A stretch of DNA of 64,000 nt from Auanema rhodensis (Eukaryota > Animalia > Nematoda): the NCBI GenBank assembly GCA_964057225.1, contig OZ059896.1, positions 18,662,001-18,726,000 on the forward strand, read 5' to 3'. The notes below the pieces were generated by a model, which was not told the DNA's origin, searched no databases, and saw only the letters and a list, made by a program, of their open reading frames with translations. Both the position numbers and the translations under genes were made by a program. Of the stretch, positions 38,101 to 45,414 are shown piece after piece. Positions within the stretch are counted from its first letter, which is position 1. Each line of letters opens with the position of its first letter.

Positions 38101-41100
38101 GCTTCTATTTTTACAATAGCTGTGTGTAAATCATCTAGTGACATTTGACTAGGAACGAAGCATTTTTTGAGGGATGATTTGGTGACAACTAAGCGTTCCC
38201 AACAACCTCCTTTCCAAGGAGATAGCGGAGTGTTGTATATCCATTTAATTTTTCTTTGAGCTAATGTGTTTAGTATGCTACTTTCATTGTAATCCGAGGT
38301 TTTTTCAAGGGTTTCTAATATTTTTGAGCTCAGAATAAAGTTTCCTGCGCAGTCACTGCGCATAATTTCTGGAGTACCTCTGCGTGAAATAAATCTATTA
38401 AATGCATTCATAAAGGCAACTGTGGATTGATTGGTGACTACCTCTAAGTGAACCGCTCTAGTTGTCATGCATGTAAACAGACAAATATGGACTTTAGACC
38501 CATTTCGAAGGGTGAAGGGGCCCATAAGATCACACCCTGTTGAAAAGAATGCTCTTGTAAGAATTGCTCTGTCTTTTGGTAGCGATGGCATATCTGGTAA
38601 TTCATAAGGATGTGATTGAAATCTTTTACATGTCACACAGTTTTTCAATGTTTGCTTAATGACTCCGGTTATTTTTGGTATATAGAACTTTTGTCTGAGT
38701 TGAATAAGCGTGAAATTTTTGCCTTGATGATTATTATCTTTGTGTATTTTGTTGATCAGTTTTTTAACTATGGGGTTTGTTTTGAGAAGGAATATAGGGT
38801 TTTTTGTCTCTTCGGGAAGAAGAGTATTTTGTAAACGACTTCTTACGCGATAAATGTCCCATGTATCTTTGAAGAATTTTAAATTTATATTTCTTTGCTG
38901 TAGCTCATCGAGGCTCATATTAGATTGGCTGTTACTGATCAAAATATTTTCAATTATGTTGATGTCTTCAACAGTATTCGTGTCTGTTGATGTGAGATGT
39001 TTTATTTTTTGCAACTTGTTGGCGTTGTTAGGATGGACTTTAAGAAACCATTTTTTGAATAATTTTCCTACGGTTGTCATTGTTTTGATCACATCATCAT
39101 AGTTTTCACGAATGTTCCAAATATCATCGGTTGGAAGATTGTCTATAATTATGTGGACCACATTGTGATGCTCCGATTCTGATTCTGCGTTATTCCTGTT
39201 AGAGTTCTTAGGCGAGCCGAATGATGTCAGAGGGTTATGAGCGGAAAGTGTAGTTAACCAATGTGGACCCTTTATCCAGTCGGAATCTTGTAGTTTCTCG
39301 ATGTCTGCACCTCGGGATCCGATGTCTGCAGTATTGTACGAGGTTTGTACATGATGTAATTCTACATTGCAACATACTTGTTTGATTTGGTGTAGCTGTT
39401 TATTTATAATGTTTGTTTGATTTTTAATGAACAGTGGGAGGGATTTTAGAGAAATAATCCATGATAGCGCGATGTTGCTATCGCTTACAATGTTGACTTT
39501 TGCCACTTTCGGGCATATGGTTACAATAGCTAATGCCATTCGTACTGCTAAGCGGATGGCTAATAATTCTAATCGAGGAATTGTGGTCTTATTTTTGGGT
39601 GCTATGCGGGATTTACCGTTGAGCAGAGAACTAATCTGCTCGTTTGTTTGGAAATATGAACATGCGGCCATGGCTTGGTTGCTTGCGTCAGCAAAGACCC
39701 ATAACTGTGTTTTATGTTCAGAGAATTTAAAATATCTTTTCATGGTCAATTGCTGATTGTTAATGTGATTAATATGTTGTTCCCATTGTTTGATATTATC
39801 TGATTCAATGGGTTGGTCCCATGATAATTTTGTGTTTATGATTTCTCGCAAGATAAGTTTGAGAGGTAACAGTAATGGTGCTGCTAATCCAATGGGATCA
39901 AATATTGAGTGTAGCTGACTGAGTAGAATTCTCTTGGTGTAACTTGTGTGAGTCGTTGTTATTTTTATTGGGATAATGAAGGAGTCGTGTTCTTTATTAA
40001 AAGATATGCCAAGTATTTTGGTTGTCATGTTCGGATATCTGTCTTCTTCAGGAAGGTTCTGTATTACTTGTTCGTCGTTTGACAAGAATTCGCGAACATG
40101 CATGTTTATTTCTGTAAATAGTTTTTGGGTTTCTTTACATTTCTTTATAGCTTCTGCTGTTGTATTTGCTGTAAGAATGATATTGTCAACGTATAAGTTG
40201 TTCAGTATTTCCATAGCTAATGGGTTGTCTACTTTTGATTCTAAGAACCATTTTATGCCCATGTTCAATACGCTGGGGGATGCAGTGATACCGAACGGTA
40301 ATCTGTTGAATCGAAGGGTTATGATATTGTTGTGAGATATTGGGTATTCTTTGTTTTTTATCCAAAAGAATTTGCATAGATTTTTGTGATTCTCTGTCAG
40401 TTGTATTTGTAAAAATGCGGCTTTGATATCGCATGTTATTAATATTGGTCTTGTTCTGCAGGAGATCATGATGTCGTGTATATATGTGATAAATGATCGT
40501 CCTGTGTGTATTATCTCATTCAACGACGGGCTGTCTTTCTGTTTAGCGGAGGCGTCAAAAACGATTCTGAGAGGGTTAGCCTTGCTGGGCTTCCAAACCC
40601 CATGGTGGGGCATATAAAACTCTAAAGGCTCCTGGTGATTGTTGGGAATTTGTTCGACAATGTTATCTTTGAGGTAACTTTCAATGGTTGTAGTATAGTG
40701 TGAGAGCATTTCTGGATTGTGCAGTAACTTTCGCCATAGGGATACGAATCTATGGTACGCGGGCATTTTGTTGTTTTTAAGATTTTTGAAGTTATTTTTT
40801 AACGGGAACGGTGCAATAATACGGTTGTTCTCAATTTTTATATCTTTTGAGTATTCTTCATAGTAATCAATAGTGCGGTCTGCGTTGGCATTTTCTGTAT
40901 TGATGCCGATAGAATCCAGTTCAAACAGATTAGTGAGGAGTTCTTTATGAGAGGTTTCTTTTGTTATTTCTTCTACTGTAGAGCATAATATTACTTCTTG
41001 TTGTGTATTATCATCGGGAAGAGGAGCTTCTCCATGTATCATGTGGCCGAATACCGAATTTTTCAATCTCATACGCGAGGGGAGTTCGGTTTCTTCGTTT

Positions 41101-43094
41101 AAATGCATGAACAGTTTGTATCTATCCATACCTATCAGTATATCCGGAGTAAATGATTCTCCGTTTGTTTGTGGATTGGCTAATTTTATTTTTCTTGTCT
41201 TTATAAATTTCAAGTCTTCTTTAGATAGTTTTGGACAACGTATGGGTGTGGTTAACATGGGTTTGGTGAATAGTTTTGTTACGATAAGGGATCCACTTGA
41301 GGTTCCAATAATTACCTTTACGTCCTGAACTTCGTGCGTTTCGGACAATGCTCCGATACCGTAAAAGGTTTTCTTTTGAGAACCAAGGATGGGCAATCCT
41401 AACTTAGTGGATAAGTCCTTGGATATAAAAGATCTCATGGATCCTTCATCTATGAGCATGCGTACTTGCTCATATTTTTTACTATTGTGGTTGTATATGT
41501 TCGCCATTGCTGTTCGTAATATTACTTGACTTTCTTCAATATTATGGGTGTCGGCAATGTGATTAAGCGATACTGGTGCATTAAGTGCCTCAGTAGGGAT
41601 TCGATTATTAGTGTCAGAGTCTTGTTTATATTCTGTTGTTTTTTTATTCAATAATTCTTCTGTGGTGATCAGTAAAGCCTGATCTTTTTTAATTGTGGGA
41701 GTTTCTTTATCTTTTTGGATATTTTGTACACTTTTTCTTCCTTGTGAGCACAAGGCGGAATTATGATCTCCTTGGCAATTGCGACATTTTTGTTTTCTGC
41801 ATTCCGAACTTTTGTGTTTATCGGAAAAGCAAATCCAACAGATGGCCTTTCCGCGAATGCGGTACCTTCTTTTCTCTGGTGTTTCAAATGTGGTGCATTG
41901 ATAAAAACGATGCTCGGATGAGTCGCAAAAGACACATGGCCAAGTTTGGGTTTTCCGTTGTTCTGCAGTGCTGTCTTTATGTGAAACAGATGTGACATTG
42001 TCTTTGTGATTTCGAAACTTTTGTTCATGACTATTTCTTGTTTGTTCTTTTAGAATAAACGAATAGATTTTATGGTCTACAGCTGCCAGCATTTCTTTAG
42101 TAGAATGGTAGTTGTTTGGATGAATTAGAATGTCTTCCACGATGTGGTATGGGAATTTGTTGAGAATCATCGCGGTACACATTTCGCGGGATACTGTAGC
42201 TCCGGCTGCTTCAATTTGCCTGATAAGTGCCTTGGTTTCTCCAAATGTTTCTTTGCATGCTTTTGCATTATTGCTTGCAAATCTCAAATTATGTAGTTGT
42301 GTTAAAAGAGAGTTGATATCCGACGAATAGTCTCCAAATTCAGAAACTAATGCTTCACGCATGAGCTCATAATTTTGAGCAGAGGGTTCTATTCCTCTGA
42401 TTGCTATTTGTGAATTGCCTTTGAGGCTTTCACAGAGTAGGTTTACCTTTTCTAAGGTTGTAAACTGTTCATTATCATGAACACGTCTATCAAAACGGCC
42501 CCAGAATGATTTGAAGTTCTCTGGTTTGCCATCAAATGTAGGTAGCGACATCGCTGGTTTTTGGATGCTAGTTTGTTGGATGTGTAGGAATGACTTGATA
42601 ATTTCCAGAAATTGATCATTCGATTTGTTTTCTGTTTCATTGTTTTCTGTTGAGCAATTGCTGTTGTGCTCAGATTCATTCTTATGAAGCGTTTTTCTCA
42701 GCTTTCTAAGTATGCGTTCGGCTTTCATGATGTGTTCGTCAAGCTCAATAATGGCGTTTTGAACCTTTTTAATGTTGGGTTCAAAGTCTTCATCGGATGT
42801 GAAGGCGATGTACTGTTCGTCTAATGCTTTACGAAGCGTTTTGTCTGATGCTTCGTAAAATTTTTGGAATTTTTTCTCGTTATCTTGATGATTTTTCAAC
42901 GATTCTTTGAATTGGTGTTGGACTTTTGTCCAGCGAATGATAAGGCAAGAGAGGGTTTCCTCTTCTTCCTCAGTGTGGAAGTCGCAATCTACCAGAATAC
43001 CAGGAAGGTCCTTCACTTCCATCTCGTATCGTGTAAGCAGTTCTCCAAGAAACTGGTTAGATTGTTTGATATGATTGACAAAAAGGAGTGACAT
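35166..43094 (-). CDS. Gag-protease-RT-RNaseH-integrase-Env polyprotein (2642 aa)
   Basis: Gag LPTFDG..F..FW..F (DUF1759-like) and three CCHC knuckles (about 41750-41936); protease LIDEGSMRSFI (about 41450); RT DIKAAF, RLPFG, YVDN (about 40190); RNase H FADAS, TIPRLELLA; integrase HHCC, CDLMGP, SDCAGNF, GGCWERL; C-terminal WKLGRI..DG.IRSA.V; Cys-rich Gc-like ectodomain plus TM. Confidence 0.97.
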   Translation of the reverse strand: MSLLFVNHIKQSNQFLGELLTRYEMEVKDLPGILVDCDFHTEEEEETLSCLIIRWTKVQHQFKESLKNHQDNEKKFQKFYEASDKTLRKALDEQYIAFTSDEDFEPNIKKVQNAIIELDEHIMKAERILRKLRKTLHKNESEHNSNCSTENNETENKSNDQFLEIIKSFLHIQQTSIQKPAMSLPTFDGKPENFKSFWGRFDRRVHDNEQFTTLEKVNLLCESLKGNSQIAIRGIEPSAQNYELMREALVSEFGDYSSDINSLLTQLHNLRFASNNAKACKETFGETKALIRQIEAAGATVSREMCTAMILNKFPYHIVEDILIHPNNYHSTKEMLAAVDHKIYSFILKEQTRNSHEQKFRNHKDNVTSVSHKDSTAEQRKTQTWPCVFCDSSEHRFYQCTTFETPEKRRYRIRGKAICWICFSDKHKSSECRKQKCRNCQGDHNSALCSQGRKSVQNIQKDKETPTIKKDQALLITTEELLNKKTTEYKQDSDTNNRIPTEALNAPVSLNHIADTHNIEESQVILRTAMANIYNHNSKKYEQVRMLIDEGSMRSFISKDLSTKLGLPILGSQKKTFYGIGALSETHEVQDVKVIIGTSSGSLIVTKLFTKPMLTTPIRCPKLSKEDLKFIKTRKIKLANPQTNGESFTPDILIGMDRYKLFMHLNEETELPSRMRLKNSVFGHMIHGEAPLPDDNTQQEVILCSTVEEITKETSHKELLTNLFELDSIGINTENANADRTIDYYEEYSKDIKIENNRIIAPFPLKNNFKNLKNNKMPAYHRFVSLWRKLLHNPEMLSHYTTTIESYLKDNIVEQIPNNHQEPLEFYMPHHGVWKPSKANPLRIVFDASAKQKDSPSLNEIIHTGRSFITYIHDIMISCRTRPILITCDIKAAFLQIQLTENHKNLCKFFWIKNKEYPISHNNIITLRFNRLPFGITASPSVLNMGIKWFLESKVDNPLAMEILNNLYVDNIILTANTTAEAIKKCKETQKLFTEINMHVREFLSNDEQVIQNLPEEDRYPNMTTKILGISFNKEHDSFIIPIKITTTHTSYTKRILLSQLHSIFDPIGLAAPLLLPLKLILREIINTKLSWDQPIESDNIKQWEQHINHINNQQLTMKRYFKFSEHKTQLWVFADASNQAMAACSYFQTNEQISSLLNGKSRIAPKNKTTIPRLELLAIRLAVRMALAIVTICPKVAKVNIVSDSNIALSWIISLKSLPLFIKNQTNIINKQLHQIKQVCCNVELHHVQTSYNTADIGSRGADIEKLQDSDWIKGPHWLTTLSAHNPLTSFGSPKNSNRNNAESESEHHNVVHIIIDNLPTDDIWNIRENYDDVIKTMTTVGKLFKKWFLKVHPNNANKLQKIKHLTSTDTNTVEDINIIENILISNSQSNMSLDELQQRNINLKFFKDTWDIYRVRSRLQNTLLPEETKNPIFLLKTNPIVKKLINKIHKDNNHQGKNFTLIQLRQKFYIPKITGVIKQTLKNCVTCKRFQSHPYELPDMPSLPKDRAILTRAFFSTGCDLMGPFTLRNGSKVHICLFTCMTTRAVHLEVVTNQSTVAFMNAFNRFISRRGTPEIMRSDCAGNFILSSKILETLEKTSDYNESSILNTLAQRKIKWIYNTPLSPWKGGCWERLVVTKSSLKKCFVPSQMSLDDLHTAIVKIEAIINTRPLTHPHPVNLDALPIRPIDFLTSAIKFSLPENNDNTHIFDIHSDIQTIQSTEQALEALQLSEDSASKFWTRFQEEYLTSLKDIFKHKNKRKNHTNLFPHKDEIVIIQNDMSPRGTWKLGRIIETITSSDGNIRSAKVATSNGNIITRSINQLYPLEIRCNTSNNKIIEDNSHIVQENNSSTDRIAHTDTVLDNIHSDHHIEHTDETIHENNNINDSNHNYDIAYESDNSQHDNTYTPETENNEDATNDRPQNKTKLSSVKTAKYTEQDEVTEKENIKAFPLKMSYATHQRKNKINPKIAADIMKALSLPIIITSTYAEEINSCKDSNMFTTKLIANPHCSPEMATWTVIITIMAVTLIVSCLCRMGYSQYRYKTWSKNTQTMLNIMKLKHKTISEQEDHETDQKITEDHNDTLQLKQTNTQDANIVDHETFQKHIYPILNHTRKPPKFSLFTRGSQTSLPSLLAIILALCIGSCSSCSDVHVQHFVNIRCDDNLACYHEYSQDIIFSPGTKQLCITITHSNHEIGQFKITKLYTEHVCQKNTRYFTRQTTVNILSILRCRHRGSCDGTCETNSLHNKIEELQPYTFPSQSGCFTSSARFYTCPMIWTDPCLFYKIEHIPVTEEVYEVYTCDSWSTQTVFNIETTLLQQKNNYNITLQPYTKNREQLFNITTLSQSQPPPEMYTKLFFSSKENTYITDIHTKGIIQCATEEAALKHFNNCTVSSFCPCTFNRFDEIKCRCDTPTFEKMSNTSDIKSPNQNFKTKDNTLSFSTNLDENLVTVDSSLFLNSVIFSNNLPCAPALTKLSGCYSCGQGAFAEFQCLTAEETWISIECQKEVFMIKCSPKVAITKVTMKRENSQIDELCYTTCDNKKIKIIIKGILHHIASIDEINESDSSKVTESKSIDFAPIFKLILSKLGIILIGVAITATIGYVACTPIMYCVVLNTVLTTQWIATRIFTLWIKSKALFRDQRF
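35240..36710 (-). other. Phlebovirus Gc (G2)-like class II fusion glycoprotein domain within the polyprotein
   Basis: Internal signal LPSLLAIILALCIGSCSS, then C...YFTR...RC...GSC...C...GC...CLFY...VYEVYTC.SW...GCYSC..GA...C, and a C-terminal hydrophobic anchor. Matches my recollection of the env in nematode BEL elements. Confidence 0.85.
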
Positions 43095-43367
43095 TTTTGT
43101 TGTAGATGTAGGAATAATGCTTATATTCCTTTTTTGTTTTCTTTTTTCTTTGTTTGTTTGGTGATCACAGTATATGTGAACGTAAGGAAATTGAAACCTC
43201 TGTTTCTAATTTCAGAGTTTGCTTATTGTTCAAGTCTGTTTGGTGTGACTTGACGTGGACTTATGATCGCCACGATTTTTATTAAGTATGTTTTTTGCTC
43301 AAACACGCTTGGTTCGAGTTGTATCTCACCTGCCACGCGGGACTTAAAGCGGCTAAGATCTAAACTA

Positions 43368-43379
43368 GCCGATGCACCA
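43368..43379 (-). promoter_or_regulatory. Primer-binding site complementary to the 3' end of tRNA-Gly(GCC)
   Basis: Minus strand TGGTGCATCGGC, 3 nt after the 5' LTR. The + strand GCCGATGCACCA equals the 3' end of invertebrate tRNA-Gly(GCC) plus CCA. Confidence 0.88.
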
Positions 43380-43382
43380 ATT

Positions 43383-43632
43383 TGTGGCGTTATACCACAA
43401 GTGTATAGTATGGTTGGAAGTAAAACACAAAGCAAATATGTAGAAAAGGGTTTATTGATGAATTAACAAGACAAGCACGGAATAAAATCACTGACTGCGA
43501 ACGTTGAAAAAGTAAGACTGATCTCTTCTCGTGGGCGGTCGTCAGCCTGAAACAAAGAGTTAGTCATGCCACATGTATAACACAACATGTGGTATGGATA
43601 AAAATTACTTAGGAAGTTAGAAGAAAGAAGAA

Positions 43633-43684
<52 letters not shown>

Positions 43685-43750
43685 AGGAGAAACAAATAAA
43701 ACAATTGTTGAAGATAAAAAATTATACAAACTCACTCGCTTATCGCGACA
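43383..43750 (-). repeat. 5' LTR (368 bp)
   Basis: Same as the left LTR except (GA)23; followed on the minus strand by the PBS. Confidence 0.96.
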
Positions 43751-43755
43751 ATCGA
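43751..43755. other. Target-site duplication ATCGA (right copy)
   Basis: Directly follows the LTR end ...cgcgaCA. Confidence 0.95.
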
Positions 43756-43831
43756 TGAAAAAAATCAACTGCATTTTAGTGAGTTACTGGGTTGGGTTAT
43801 ACAAATTGTCTAATTTGAATGCGATTTACAT

Positions 43832-43904
43832 GGCCTTGTGGCCTGATGGATAAGGCGTCGGACTTCGGATCCGAAGATTGTAGGTTCGAGTCCTGCCAGG
43901 GTCG
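43832..43904 (+). tRNA. tRNA-Arg(TCG) next to the 5' LTR, A14G variant
   Basis: GCCTGATGG instead of GCCTAATGG (43845). Confidence 0.75.
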
Positions 43905-45341
43905 TTATTTTTTGTTTCAAAAAAATCATTACCTGATAGTTTACATGTGTTATTCTGTATTATCTCAAACAATTGAAAAAAATACTAGCAGTAAAACAAA
44001 TGTAGTGTTAATATTCTCGAGAATGTTCCTATTCAGAGTGAGAAAATATCTAAAATTTCAAGAAGGTTTTCTCATAAGGTACTAAAATAAAAGTATTATT
44101 TCATATTATTATTTTTTCAGACCTAGAATCGATAAAAAAAATCAACTACATTTTATTGAGTTACTGGGTTGGGTTACACAAATTGTCTAATTAGAATGCG
44201 ATTTAAATGGCCTTGTGGCCTAATGGATAAGGCGTCGGACTTCGGATCCGAAGATTGTAGGTTCGAGTCCTGCCAGGGTCGTTATTTTTTGTTTCAAAAC
44301 AATCATTACTTGATAGTTTACATGTTTTATTCTATATTATCTCATACAATTGAAAAAAAAATCTAGCAGTAAAACAAATGCAGTGTTAATATTCTTGAGA
44401 ATGTTCCTATTCAGAGTGAGAAAATATCTACAATTTCCCGAAGGTTTTCTCATAAGGTACTAAAATAAAAGTATTATTTCATATTATTATTTTTTCAGAC
44501 CTAGAATCGATAAAAAAAAATCAACTACATTTTAGTGAGTTACTGGGTTGGGTTATACAAATTGTCTAATTAGAATGCGATTTACATGGCCTTGTGGCCT
44601 AATGGATAAGGCGTCGGACTTCGGATCCGAAGATTGTAGGTTCGTGTCCTGCGAGGGTCGTTATTTTTTGTTTCAAAACAATCATTACCTGATAGTTTAC
44701 ATGTTCTATTCTATATTATCTCATACAATTGAAAAAAATACTAGCAGTAAAACAAATGCAGTGTTAATATTCTTGAGAATGTTCCTATTCAGAGTGAGAA
44801 AATATCTAAAATTTCAAGAAGGTTTTCTCATAAGATACTAAAATAAAAGTATTATTTCATAATATCATTTTCTCAGACCTAGAATCGATGAAAAAAATCA
44901 ACTGCATTTTAGTGAGTTACTGGGTTGGGTTATACAAATTGTCTAATTTGAATGCGATTTACATGGCCTTGTGGCCTAATGGATAAGGCGTCGGACTTCG
45001 GATCCGAAGATTGTAGGTTCGAGTCCTGCCAGGGTCGTTATTTTTTGTTTCAAAAAAATCATTACCTGATAGTTTACATGTTTTATTCTGTATTATCTCA
45101 TACAATTGAAAAAAATACTAGCAGTAAAACAAATGTAGTGATAATATTCTCGAGAATGTTCCTATTCAGAGTGAGAAAATATCAAAAATTTCCCGAAGGT
45201 TTTCTCATAAGGTACTAAAATAAAAGTATTACTTCATATTATTTTTTTTTCAGACCTAGAATCGATAAAAAAAATCAACTACATTTTAGTGAGAAACTGG
45301 GTTGGGTTATACAAATTGTCTAATTTGAATGCGATTTAGAT

Positions 45342-45414
45342 GACCTTGTGGCCTAATGGATAAGGCGTCGGACTTCGGATCCGAAGATTGTAGGTTCGAG
45401 TCCTACCAGGGTCG
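45342..45414 (+). tRNA. tRNA-Arg(TCG) isodecoder with G2A and G64A (second copy at 47227-47299)
   Basis: GACCTTG/CAGGGTC and GTAGG/CCTAC: two G:U pairs become Watson-Crick. Confidence 0.85.

Larger units (their letters stand above)
33967..43750 (-). mobile_element. Full-length BEL/Pao LTR retrotransposon with env-like gene (endogenous belpaovirus)
   Basis: TG...CA termini, two near-identical LTRs, ATCGA TSD, PBS and PPT, and one intact polyprotein with PR-RT-RH-IN order and a YVDN RT motif. Confidence 0.97.

Noticed and set aside
41440-41456. Protease active site DEG instead of D(S/T)G as a sign of inactivation
   Set aside because: The catalytic Asp and Gly are present, and to my knowledge DEGS variants occur in other BEL/Pao proteases.
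35212-43091. Short antisense and alternate-frame ORFs overlapping the polyprotein
   Set aside because: Shadow ORFs with no recognisable motifs.
43368-43379. Element primed by the surrounding tRNA-Arg(TCG)
   Set aside because: That would need a PBS of TGGCGACCCTGG; the actual PBS matches tRNA-Gly(GCC).
43303-43379. Functional tRNA-Gly gene inside the element
   Set aside because: No 5' acceptor strand pairing with CCGATGC, and no T arm or B box at the proper position. Kept as an extended-PBS finding instead.
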